Notes: a model not told the origin generated them from the letters alone. Positions 1-11,196 are shown, numbered from the whole stretch's first letter. The stretch: 63,987 bases of DNA, filler included, from Vicugna vicugna (GCA_013265495.1; 83 parts of 78 records of this genome joined end to end with filler, not necessarily neighbours in it), one strand, 5' to 3'. Numbers and translations are program-made.

Positions 1-469
1 AAGACAAGACAGGGCCAAGGCTGGACTTGGTTAACCTAATATTTAAAAAACCTACCTAATTAACTTGTTTACATTTTCACTTTGCAATAATACTTAATCT
101 GAATATAAAATGACATTTAACATATGAAACACATAACAAAAATTTGTCTTAGAGCTAGATTAATTTTGATGGTATTTTTCAATTCATGTTAATATATCCA
201 ACATGCCACTTGTATAACAGACACATAGGAACACAAACAGGTAGACATTCACCAGCATCCACACACCCTCCCCCAGGGGCTCACAGCTAGTCTGCACCTC
301 CACTCACCTCCTGCAGGCTAGACGTGGCCCCCTGCTGTCCCCTACACAGGGTTGCTGATAGGAAAGTCTGTGAAGTTATGATAACATGTGCATCCCAGTG
401 ACCTGCTCAGAAAATAACAGAAAATAAAAAGTAAATAAAGCAAAATAAAAAGTGTTATGGGAAGTAAAG

Positions 470-725
470 TTTTTTCATGTAAAACACACTGCCCATTATC
501 TCAATACCAAATTGGGTTTATTTGGGACCAAAAAAGGATTACGCTTTGGGGTTTGCCGTTCTGGTGAGCCACATGCAAGTCCCCAGTAAAAACAGAGACA
601 TGAGTCTTTTACAGAATGAAATGGGAGGTGAGAGGGCTCCTGTGAACAGGAGTTCATGGATTATCATTGGCTGAGTCCTTACCAGGAAAGAACAGGAGAA
701 CTTGGTTCTTCCTCTTGGGCTCAGA
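470..725. mobile_element. Probable degraded ERV LTR fragment
   Basis: The stretch CATTGGCTGAGTCCTTACCAGGAAAGAACAGGAG...TTCTTCCTCTTGGGCTC resembles artiodactyl ERV1-type LTRs as I remember them. Boundaries are approximate and no TSD is seen. Confidence 0.4.
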
Positions 726-888
726 CGTGAAGTTCCCAGCTTACAAAGTGGAAGCCTCAGTTCTACTGCCTGAGAGCCACTGTGACAAGGCTGCTTAGAG
801 GGGCTTCTTGTAGGTGATCAGGAGTCAGGTGGTGATCACTCGGTGTGACGCAGCCACGAGGGACTTCATTGCTGACGGAGGGGAGAAG

Positions 889-988
889 NNNNNNNNNNNN
901 NNNNNNNNNNNNNNNNNNNNNNNNNNNNNNNNTTAATTAATTAANNNNNNNNNNNNNNNNNNNNNNNNNNNNNNNNNNNNNNNNNNNN
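889..988. other. Artificial scaffold-joining spacer N44-TTAATTAATTAA-N44 (first of dozens)
   Basis: The same 100-bp block recurs between unrelated sequences throughout the window (e.g. 1606-1705, 2242-2341, 63680-63779). The palindromic core has stop codons in all six frames. Confidence 0.98.
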
Positions 989-1080
989 TTCTTTTTTTTT
1001 TAGAAGGAGGTACAGGGGATTGAACCCAGGACCTCATGCATGCTAAGCAGGCACTCTATTAATTGAGCTATACCCCCCTC
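989..1080 (-). mobile_element. tRNA-derived SINE, camelid Vic-1 type
   Basis: Reverse complement reads GGGGGGTATAGCTCAATTAATAGAGTGCCTGCTTAGCATGCATGAGGTCCTGGGTTCAATCCCCTGTACCTCC followed by an A tail: A box, B box (GGTTCAATCCC) and tRNA-Ala-like body. Confidence 0.9.
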
Positions 1081-1239
1081 TCTAGAATTTCAGGGTTTAA
1101 GTCACCAAGCCTTCAAAGCTTACACAAGACATCCAACAAAGGCCCTCTTTCTGAGTGCACAGGTTAGACCCAGGGCAAAGGTTCTATTATTTGTTTTTTA
1201 TTAGCTCTGAATATTAGCTTCCAGTTTTTAATTTATATT

Positions 1240-1447
1240 GTACAGGCTCAGGTAACCCTATTAGTTTCCTTTAGTATGTTTAATTATTGTTTCCTGAGGA
1301 GCAGATCCAAATGTCCCGTCTTATAATACTGTTAGGGAGTTTAGATAGAAATGAACACGGGGCAGGGGGAGAGGAAAGGGAAAGGAACCATCCAGAACAC
1401 AAGGAACCTGAGCTGTCAATTAACCAGGGCGCAGGGAACCTGAGTTG

Positions 1448-1478
<31 letters not shown>

Positions 1479-1605
1479 CAAAACCAGGATAAAAAACAAG
1501 AAAAATGAGGGAATGGCGCCATTTTTCCTCTCCTGGATTGGCCCGCTCCCAATCCTCAGGAGTGGACTATCTTTCACTGTTTTTTTTAATTCACTAATAA
1601 AAATC
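1240..1605 (+). mobile_element. Possible ERV LTR fragment
   Basis: Ends in GGAGTGGACTATCTTTCAC...AATAAA, which is like the R region of class I ERV LTRs. It is truncated by the scaffold end and the start is uncertain. Confidence 0.35.
1448..1478 (+). repeat. (TCAA)n microsatellite, about 7.7 units
   Basis: Perfect run visible directly. Confidence 0.97.
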
Positions 1606-1705
1606 NNNNNNNNNNNNNNNNNNNNNNNNNNNNNNNNNNNNNNNNNNNNTTAATTAATTAANNNNNNNNNNNNNNNNNNNNNNNNNNNNNNNNNNNNNNN
1701 NNNNN

Positions 1706-2622
1706 TCCCTGGCACAGAGAAATTAGGAAAACCCTCATGGGAGACGAGCTGAGTCTTTCCGTTTGAACAAACGCGCTGCCGACCGATGTTGGAACCTCCC
1801 CAAGCTCAGGATTCCGGAACCATTGTCAGAGCGTGGGGGAGCTCGAGAGACAACTCCACGCAGCTCTCTTCAGTCACAGGTGTTCCCTGTTCGGGGAAGT
1901 CCGAGAAATAACTTCCCTGACCTTCGGGAGGCAGCCTCTGTCACTGGGATATCCTGCAAACCCCCCTAGCATTCCCTGGCACAGAGAAATTAGGAAAACC
2001 CTCAGGGGAGACGAGCTAAGGCATTCCGTTAGAACCTACGCGCTGCCGACCGTTGGTGGAACCTCCCCACGCTCAGGATTCCAGAAACTTTGACAGTGTG
2101 TGGGGGAGCTCGAGAGAAAACTCCAAGCAGTTCTCTTCAGTCACAGGTGTTCCCTGTCCGGGGAAGTCCGAGAAATAACTTCCCTGACCTTCGGGAGGCA
2201 GCCTCTGTCACTGGGATATCCTGCAAACCCCCCTAGCATTCNNNNNNNNNNNNNNNNNNNNNNNNNNNNNNNNNNNNNNNNNNNNTTAATTAATTAANNN
2301 NNNNNNNNNNNNNNNNNNNNNNNNNNNNNNNNNNNNNNNNNAGGATTCCGGAACCATTGTCAGTGCGTGGGGGAGCTCGAGAGACAACTCCACGCAGCTC
2401 TCTTCAGTCACAGGCGTTCCCTGTTCGGGGAAGTCCGAGAAATATCTTCACTGACCTTGGGGAGGAAGCCTCTGTCACTGGGATATCCTGCAAACCCCCC
2501 TAGCATTCCCTGGCACAGAGACATTAGGAATTCCCAAAGGGGAGGCGAGCTTAGTCTTTCCGTTAGAACACACGCGATGTCGACCGTTGGTGGAACCGCC
2601 CCACGCTCAGGATTCCGGAACC
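1706..2622 (+). repeat. 267-bp GC-rich satellite (two scaffolds: 1706-2241, 2342-2622)
   Basis: GGGGAGCTCGAGAG...CAGTCACAGGTGTTCCCTGTTCGGGGAAGTCCGAG recurs at 267-bp spacing. This orientation is defined as +. Confidence 0.97.
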
Positions 2623-3511
2623 NNNNNNNNNNNNNNNNNNNNNNNNNNNNNNNNNNNNNNNNNNNNTTAATTAATTAANNNNNNNNNNNNNNNNNNNNNN
2701 NNNNNNNNNNNNNNNNNNNNNNTATTATGTAATCCCTGCACGTGGCTGATGATAAGTATCTTCCTTCTCTGGAAATAGTCAAACAAAAAAGTGTGAATCC
2801 AAGCTACATTACATTTGGAAATAGATGTGATTTACTGATTGAATCAAAGGAAATTTTGAAAAATTTGGCCAGCCAAAATTATTTACATAGGAAACTATCT
2901 AGAAAAAAAATCATATACTAGTACACTAAATGCGTAAACTAGGACTGATCCTTCTCTGTGTTTTTCAGGTTATAAAGAAGCAAACGATATTCTTTCTGGC
3001 CCTATGGTATTTAGACCACAAGTAAGGGAAAGACAATAGCACATATCAACCAACAGTTTTTGAAAATCTGGGGACAGAATACTAAATTTTATACAAAAAT
3101 TAATTAAGCTTATGATTATTAAGAAAACGGGGGAATGATTAGCTGTTGAGAATTGTACTATTTCTGCATTTTTCTCAAGCATCATGTGTTTTAAATAACA
3201 ATGCAGATTCAGTGATTTGGGGGAAATTTAAATCTTACATTTATGGACTATTAAAATGTTTTTCTCCAAAAGAAAGATGCTCTATTCACATGTTAGAATG
3301 TCTCTTCCATTGGGAGTGGAGTGTGTGCAGGATCATAATTCTGTCTGCTCTGCGGTGGGTGCCAGGTCAGGCACAGGATGTGGGGAGGTGCGGGGAGCGC
3401 GCTTCGCTTGGNNNNNNNNNNNNNNNNNNNNNNNNNNNNNNNNNNNNNNNNNNNNTTAATTAATTAANNNNNNNNNNNNNNNNNNNNNNNNNNNNNNNNN
3501 NNNNNNNNNNN

Positions 3512-4660
3512 TAAATATTTCAGAGAGCATAGGTAACTTGTTTGGTGGTTGATACATCAGTCATACGAATGTTCACAACACAGAAATGCATGTTTGAGGA
3601 ATCCGTGATGCATGAAACATGCTCATAATACGGAATTCCATGGTTATGTAAACAATGTAAATTACATGTGTATTGGTGAGAATTAGCTCAAAGAGATTTC
3701 TGGTGCCAGATGTATGATTTTAGTGCATGGTGATAGAAAAATTTATGAAGTAAGAGTAAATAATTCTGAGTGTATATACGCATTGTTTGGTGGATTAAAG
3801 GTCAGTAATCCACATGCTGACAATTCAGAAATGCATGGTTGCCGAATGCGTCATGCATGTAGCATGTACGGAACCCGGAATGCCATGTTGATGGAATTCA
3901 TGTAAATTACATACCTATTAGGTGGAAATCGCTCCAGAAATATTTCGTTGTGAAAAATGCACGAATTCGAACCAGGTTTTAGGGAATGCTTGTGAAAATG
4001 TGTACACGTGTCTAGATGAAAATATTCCTTTTATAGAGGATGAAAGATTAGTAATNNNNNNNNNNNNNNNNNNNNNNNNNNNNNNNNNNNNNNNNNNNNN
4101 NNNNNNNNNNNNNNNNNNNNNNNNNNNNNNNNNNNNNNNNNNNNNNNNNNNNNNNNNNNNNNNNNNNNNNNNNNNNNNNNNNNNNNNNNNNNNNNNNNNN
4201 NNNNNNNNNNNNNNNNNNNNNNNNNNNNNNNNNNNNNNNNNNNNNNNNNNNNNNNNNNNNNNNNNNNNNNNNNNNNNNNNNNNNNNNNNNNNNNNNNNNN
4301 NNNNNNNNNNNNNNNNNNNNNNNNNNNNNNNNNNNNNNNNNNNNNNNNNNNNNNNNNNNNNNNNNNNNNNNNNNNNNNNNNNNNNNNNNNNNNNNNNNNN
4401 NNNNNNNNNNNNNNNNNNNNNNNNNNNNNNNNNNNNNNNNNNNNNNNNNNNNNNNNNNNNNNNNNNNNNNNNNNNNNNNNNNNNNNNNNNNNNNNNNNNN
4501 NNNNNNNNNNNNNNNNNNNNNNNNNNNNNNNNNNNNNNNNNCATGTTTGTCCGTCATGTATGTAGCATGTACGGAACACGGAATATCATGTAGATGGAAA
4601 CTACTCAAATTACAAATCTCTAGGGAAGTATTCACTCCAAGAGGGTTTTTGTGGGATCAA
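3512..4660 (+). repeat. AT-rich ~245-bp satellite, monomers A, B, C (internal N gap 4056-4541)
   Basis: CAGAAATGCATG at 3581 and 3826 (245 bp apart). AAAGGTCAGTAAT at 3797 and AAAGATTAGTAAT at 4043. Confidence 0.9.
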
Positions 4661-4760
4661 NNNNNNNNNNNNNNNNNNNNNNNNNNNNNNNNNNNNNNNN
4701 NNNNTTAATTAATTAANNNNNNNNNNNNNNNNNNNNNNNNNNNNNNNNNNNNNNNNNNNN

Positions 4761-5219
4761 CTGTATTCTATATTCTATATTCTGTGTTGTACATTCCATG
4801 TTCTAGATTTTGGATTCTATATTCTGTATTCTATATTTTGTGCTCATTATTCTACATTGTATATTCTATATGCTGCATTCCGTAGCCTATATTCTATATT
4901 CTGTGTTCTTCATTCTATATTCAAAAATCTATATTCAGTATTCTATATTCAATATTCTAAATCATGGAATAAATTCTGTGTTCTACATTCTAAATTTTAA
5001 ATTCTATATTCTGTAATCTCTATTCTATATTCTAAATTCTGTGTTCTGCATACCATGTTCTAAATTCTTTGTTCTATATTCTGTTTTCCTTATTCTAAAT
5101 TCTGATTCTACATTCTATATTCTGTATTCAATATTCTGCATTCCGTATTCTGCATTCCATATTCTTTGTTCAATAGTCTATATTCTAAATTTTATATTCA
5201 GTATTCTGTAGTATATACT
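4761..5219 (+). repeat. TTCTATA-heptamer satellite
   Basis: Degenerate 7-bp periodicity (TATATTC/TAAATTC/TGTGTTC/TACATTC) throughout. Confidence 0.95.
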
Positions 5220-5319
5220 NNNNNNNNNNNNNNNNNNNNNNNNNNNNNNNNNNNNNNNNNNNNTTAATTAATTAANNNNNNNNNNNNNNNNNNNNNNNNN
5301 NNNNNNNNNNNNNNNNNNN

Positions 5320-6420
5320 CCAGTGCCCGAGGCTGCCTCCACAAGTTCAGGGAAGTTATTTCTCGGAAATCCTTGAACAGGAAACTCCTGTGACTGAAGA
5401 CAGCTTCGTGGTGTTGTCTCTCGTGCTCCCCCACGCACTGACAACGGTTCCGGAATCTTGACCGTGGGGAGGTTCCACCAACGGTCGACATCGCGTGAGT
5501 TCTTTCGGAATGCCTAAACTCGTCTCCCCTGAGGGTTTTCCTAATGTCTCTGTGCCAGGCAATGCTAGGGGTGTTTGCATGATATCCCAGGGACCGAGGC
5601 TGCCTCCCCAAGGTCAGGGAAGGTATTTGACTGACTTCCCCGAACAGGGAACACCTGTGACTGAAGAGAGCTGCGTGGAGTTGTCTCTCGAGCTCCCCCA
5701 CGCACTGACAATGGTTCCGGAATCCTGAGCGTGGGGAGGTTCCACCAACGGTCNNNNNNNNNNNNNNNNNNNNNNNNNNNNNNNNNNNNNNNNNNNNNNN
5801 NNNNNNNNNNNNNNNNNNNNNNNNNNNNNNNNNNNNNNNNNNNNNNNNNNNNNNNNNNNNNNNNNNNNNNNNNNNNNNNNNNNNNNNNNNNNNNNNNNNN
5901 NNNNNNNNNNNNNNNNNNNNNNNNNNNNNNNNNNNNNNNNNNNNNNNNNNNNNNNNNNNNNNNNNNNNNNNNNNNNNNNNNNNNNNNNNNNNNNNNNNNN
6001 NNNNNNNNNNNNNNNNNNNNNNNNNNNNNNNNNNNNNNNNNNNNNNNNNNNNNNNNNNNNNNNNNNNNNNNNNNNNNNNNNNNNNNNNNNNNNNNNNNNN
6101 NNNNNNNNNNNNNNNNNNNNNNNNNNNNNNNNNNNNNNNNNNNNNNNNNNNNNNNNNNNNNNNNNNNNNNNNNNNNNNNNNNGAGCTGCGTGGAGTTGTC
6201 TCTCGAGCTCCGCCACGCACTAACAATGGTTCCGGAATCCTGAGCGAGGGGAGGTTCCACCAACGGTCGGCAGCGCGTGGGTTCTAACGGAATGCCTAAG
6301 TTCGCCTCCCCTGATGGTTTTCCTAATGTGTCTGTACCAGGGATTGCTAGGGGTGATTGCAGGATATCAAAGGGCCCGAGGCTGCCTCCCCAAGGTCAGG
6401 AAATTTATTTCTCGGACTTC
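5320..6420 (-). repeat. 267-bp satellite (gapped)
   Basis: Reverse complement of the 267-bp monomer. Confidence 0.97.
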
Positions 6421-7415
6421 NNNNNNNNNNNNNNNNNNNNNNNNNNNNNNNNNNNNNNNNNNNNTTAATTAATTAANNNNNNNNNNNNNNNNNNNNNNNN
6501 NNNNNNNNNNNNNNNNNNNNTTGTTTACCGTTTTAATTGTGGCAACTGGGAAACTTCCTTTACATTGCTCCCATTTCATTTCTGTTGGGCAGCCTGTCTT
6601 GAGACAGTCTCATCCCTTTGCTTATAGATGAGCTGCTGAATCCCGAGAGGCAGCGCTGGTTGAGCTGGGGTTGGAGCCGGTGTCTCCTGCCTCCCAGGCC
6701 TAGAACTTGATTGGCTCAGGCCCTCTCTTCCTGCCCGACAGCCAGCATGCCAATTTAGACATCAGAAACACCGCCAGGGACTCCGAATGAACTCCTTATG
6801 CAGGGAAAGGCGTATCATGAAGTATGGGACAGAGCAGGGAAATGTTTGTCCTCACTTTGTCCCTGTGATTAAGTCAACGGCCCCACTTTGCCTCGGAAGT
6901 AGAGAGGAGCTCTTCTGAGCTGCCTAACCCCCACCTTCTGCTCTGTTTCCACGTGTGTCTATCGTGCTGTTCCTCGGGAAGAAGAGGGTAAGATGCCTTT
7001 GCCGACAGGTGGTCCTCCTTTCCTGTGGAGAGTGAGGGAAGCTGTGTCCCCCCGGCCTAAGGCCTCGGGCCTTGAGTCTGGAGAGCGCTCATGGCGGTCC
7101 CACAGGTGACGGTCAGAGGACCTGGCACGTGCTGCCAGGCCNNNNNNNNNNNNNNNNNNNNNNNNNNNNNNNNNNNNNNNNNNNNNNNNNNNNNNNNNNN
7201 NNNNNNNNNNNNNNNNNNNNNNNNNNNNNNNNNNNNNNNNNNNNNNNNNNNNNNNNNNNNNNNNNNNNNNNNNNNNNNNNNNNNNNNNNNNNNNNNNNNN
7301 NNNNNNNNNNNNNNNNNNNNNNNCTGTTCCTCCATACCTCTATGGCTTAAGGAACGGGCAAGGCATGTCATGACCATGATCTGTACTTGTCCACACAGGG
7401 CCCTGTGATCTACAT

Positions 7416-7571
7416 GCCTGCACTCCCGTTCTGCTTCTTGGAGATGAGCTGGCATGTTTATGAGCCTGGGCACTGCTGAGGGAATAGCTGCCAGCACTGT
7501 GCTACACCGAGGTTGGCTCTGTTCACCTCTCATGTGACCTCCTGCTGAGGCCCCAGGCATTAGTCAAGGTA
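7416..7571 (-). repeat. Low-copy repeat, paralog of 36231-36385
   Basis: Reverse complement aligns colinearly with 36231-36385 (TACCTTGACTAA...GGAGTGCAGGC), roughly 80% identical by eye. Confidence 0.85.
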
Positions 7572-8540
7572 GGTGCATCGGTGNNNNNNNNNNNNNNNNN
7601 NNNNNNNNNNNNNNNNNNNNNNNNNNNTTAATTAATTAANNNNNNNNNNNNNNNNNNNNNNNNNNNNNNNNNNNNNNNNNNNNAGCACACAGAGACCCAA
7701 TAAAGGAAACTTATGTTCCTATAATATCTGTACACCCGGAACACATATCCGATGGTTGATTTCTGCTGAAACACCCGCACTCTCAGGACATGGATCCATT
7801 TGGTTCATGGGGGCTGAAATTCCTAGAAATGAAACCAACCCCAATGTGCACTTTACTGTCTGTCTTTTTTGCTCTTAGTACACTATTGCAAAGCTAATTG
7901 TTTTTGTTATAGGCTTATGCCATTTCTTCTCTACGTAGGGAAGAATATGGCATTCATTCATCCTGTTGGAAGACTTGCAAGTCTATATCACGGACTAGGA
8001 CTCTATTTTCTTCCAAATCGGCATTTGGGTTAGGTCACGATATGCTCTTAAGAATCAATATTTACGAATATGAATGCACGCCTCTGATTTCCAAATACAA
8101 GTGTGTTGAGTACATGCAAGCCGCTATACTGGGTCGATGCGTGCTGAATGATCCTTGACATCACCTTGAGTATTTTCTTTTGAATAATCATGGTTCCTTT
8201 GGTATATGTCAGCCAACCATACACAGTTGGTGCTTGTTTGTTTGTTTGTTTGAATCTTTGTTGGCCTGCATACCGTTAATTTGCAAAAACATCAGGCCAT
8301 GAATTTCTCGGTTCGCTTCAGAGAGTCATATAAGCTGAATCACTTAAGATAGTGCTTCCAATTACCAATGTAATCCTGCTTCCCTCTCCCAAATTAAGGG
8401 TTTTGATGTCCTCCTTGCATTCTTCTTGTTTCTTCTTTGCNNNNNNNNNNNNNNNNNNNNNNNNNNNNNNNNNNNNNNNNNNNNTTAATTAATTAANNNN
8501 NNNNNNNNNNNNNNNNNNNNNNNNNNNNNNNNNNNNNNNN

Positions 8541-9586
8541 GGAGACGAGGTTAGGCATTCCGTTAGTACCCACGTGCTGCCGACATTTGGTGGAACCTCA
8601 CCACGCTCAAGATTCCGGAAATATTGTCAGTGCGTGGGGGAGCTCGAGAGACATCTAGACGCAGATCTCTTCAGTCACAGGTGTTCCCTGTTCGGGGAAG
8701 TCCGAGAAATACCTTCCCTGAACTTGGGGAGGAAGCCTCTGTCACTGGGATATCCTGCAAACCCCCCTAGCATTCCCTGGCAAAGGGACATTAGGAAAAC
8801 CCTCAGGGGAGACTAGCTTAATCATTNNNNNNNNNNNNNNNNNNNNNNNNNNNNNNNNNNNNNNNNNNNNNNNNNNNNNNNNNNNNNNNNNNNNNNNNNN
8901 NNNNNNCAGATCTCTTCAGTCACAGGTGTTCCCTGTTCGGGGAAGTCCGAGAAATACCTTCCCTGAACTTGGGGAGGAAGCCTCTGTCACTGGGATATCC
9001 TGCAAACCCCCCTAGCATTCCCTGGCAAAGGGACATTAGGAAAACCCTCAGGGGAGACTAGCTTAATCATTCCGTTAGACCCCACGCGCTGCCGACCGTT
9101 GGTGGAACCTCCCCACGCTCAGTATTCCGGAACCATTGTCAGTGCGTGGGGGAGCTCGAGAGAAAACTCCACGCAGCTCTCTTCAGTCACAGGTGGTCCC
9201 TATACGGGAAACTCCGAGAATTACCTTCCCTGAACTTGGGGAGGCAGCCTCTGTCACTGGGATATCCTGTAAATCCCTCAAGCATTCCCTGGCACAGAGA
9301 CATAAGGAAAACCCTCAGGGGAGACGAGCTTAGGCATTCCGATAGAACCCACGTGCTGCCGACCGTTGGTGGAACCTCCACACGCTCAGGATTCCGGAAC
9401 CATTGTCAGTGCGTGGGGGAGCTCGAGAGAAAACTCCACGCAGCTCTCTTCAGGCACAGGTGTTCCCTGTTCGGGGAAGTCCGAGAAATACCTTCCCTGA
9501 CTTTGGGAATGCAGCCTCTGTCACTGGGATATCCTGTAAATCCCTCAAGCATTCCCTGGCACAGAGACATAAGGAAAACCCTCAGG
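8541..9586 (+). repeat. 267-bp satellite, about 3.5 monomers
   Basis: ATTCCGGAACC at 9124 and 9391, a period of 267. Confidence 0.98.
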
Positions 9587-10104
9587 NNNNNNNNNNNNNN
9601 NNNNNNNNNNNNNNNNNNNNNNNNNNNNNNTTAATTAATTAANNNNNNNNNNNNNNNNNNNNNNNNNNNNNNNNNNNNNNNNNNNNAGGGATAGCTTGTT
9701 ATTATTTTATAAAAAAAAAATATAAAAGAAGCCTTAAAACAGCACTGGGCATATAGGAGAGGGACAATCAATGCTTCCTGGCTTAAATCAAAAGTGATGA
9801 CTCAGTGAGTCCATGGCTGCTGTATTTGCTGAGCTAGTTATTCCTTTGCTCCATTACACTTTTATTTTAACTGAAAAAGAAATATATGCATATGGTTAAA
9901 AAAATTCAAACAGAGCAAAAAATACTCAAGTGAAAGAAGTTTTCCCTCATCCTCTGTTCTTACACGCCTCCCGTGAGATGCCACTGATTACAATCCTTTG
10001 TGTGCTTTTCCAGATATGCTATGCACATTCCCACCAATGTATGTAAATTCATTTAAAGTTTTACTTATTTTTAACTTAAAAGGATTTAAATCCTCAAGTG
10101 GCTT

Positions 10105-10445
10105 CTGCCACGGTAATAGAAAAGAACAAATCTGACTCCATATTAGATCTGTTCCTTTGACTTAAACCCTCTGCTCTGTCTCCAAGTCTTCATCTTGCTT
10201 GTAAAACAATGTTGCCTAGAGCCTAAAATATACAGGAGAGCCTATTCTGAAGGCTTTGATCTTTAAGGGTATTTAACACTTTTCCAATCATATAAAGATA
10301 ACAAGTTGCAGAATAGAAAATAACGTTTGTTTTGTTGGAGTTTTACAGGGATCTGACCCAGGCAGATAGATGCAAGAACAAAGGATCCTAACAAGAAGGA
10401 ATTCCTACACAAAGAAATTTGCAAAAACCAAGCACATAGGAAAGG
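10105..10445 (+). mobile_element. ERV LTR 5' portion
   Basis: GTAATAGAAAAGAACAAATCTGACTCCATATTAGATCTGTTCC matches the start of a common artiodactyl ERV LTR family as I recall it. It is cut by an N gap. Confidence 0.6.
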
Positions 10446-10858
10446 NNNNNNNNNNNNNNNNNNNNNNNNNNNNNNNNNNNNNNNNNNNNNNNNNNNNNNN
10501 NNNNNNNNNNNNNNCTATTCCATGCCCCAACAACTGGTCTCCCAACTTACTGGCCTGTCCTGCACTGAGGAGAATGAATTTGGACTCAGTAACACTTCTA
10601 CCTACCTAGCAAGCTGGGCACTGGAACTGAGGGCAGCTATCCCACACACAGGGGCCTACTGTGAGCCCTTGATTATTCCCGAAGGTTAGGGTGTGGTTTA
10701 CTCAGGAGGGATGGGGACTATGCACCAACACTCAGGCANNNNNNNNNNNNNNNNNNNNNNNNNNNNNNNNNNNNNNNNNNNNTTAATTAATTAANNNNNN
10801 NNNNNNNNNNNNNNNNNNNNNNNNNNNNNNNNNNNNNNCTCCTTATATGTAAAGTGAG

Positions 10859-11196
10859 AATAACAAGGAAATATGTGAGGTTTAAGAGAAATAATATTCA
10901 CGTGAGGCTAAGGGACAATTCCATCATACAGTAAGCACTCAATATGTGCTTACTTAATATTAATAAGAATAGATTCCATTCCAGGAACCTTCAATCAATG
11001 TTTTATGACGTTGTCCAACAGACTACTGACAAACTGTTGGACGAACCCCTTTGAGCTGATCAGCACAAGCATACTGGGAGAGGTAAGCGCTGACTCCATT
11101 TACAGCTGCAGCCACCCAGCACTGCGAGGCGGGGGCAGTTTGCTCAAACTCTTACATGTTGCTTGAGCATTTAGTTGTCGTTATTGAATAAAGACA
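10859..11196 (+). repeat. Low-copy repeat (with MIR remnant at 10859-10950), paralog of 12434-12793
   Basis: Colinear reverse-complement match to 12434-12793, e.g. GGGAGAGGTAAGCGCTGACTCCATTTACAGCTGCAGCC is identical. Confidence 0.92.

Noticed and set aside
933..944. Regularly recurring TTAATTAATTAA as a CRISPR-like repeat or biological motif
   Set aside because: It is always centred in exactly 44+44 Ns, so it is an assembly linker. There are no cas genes and the DNA is mammalian.
1000..1080. tRNA-Ala gene
   Set aside because: It has an A-rich tail, mismatched stems and several diverged copies in the window, one with a TSD. This is a tRNA-derived SINE.
1833..2093. Multi-copy protein family 'MGELERQLHAALFSHR...' as real CDSs
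   Set aside because: These are translations of satellite monomers with GTG/TTG pseudo-starts, no exon structure and sporadic stops. Kept only as a testable curiosity under findings.
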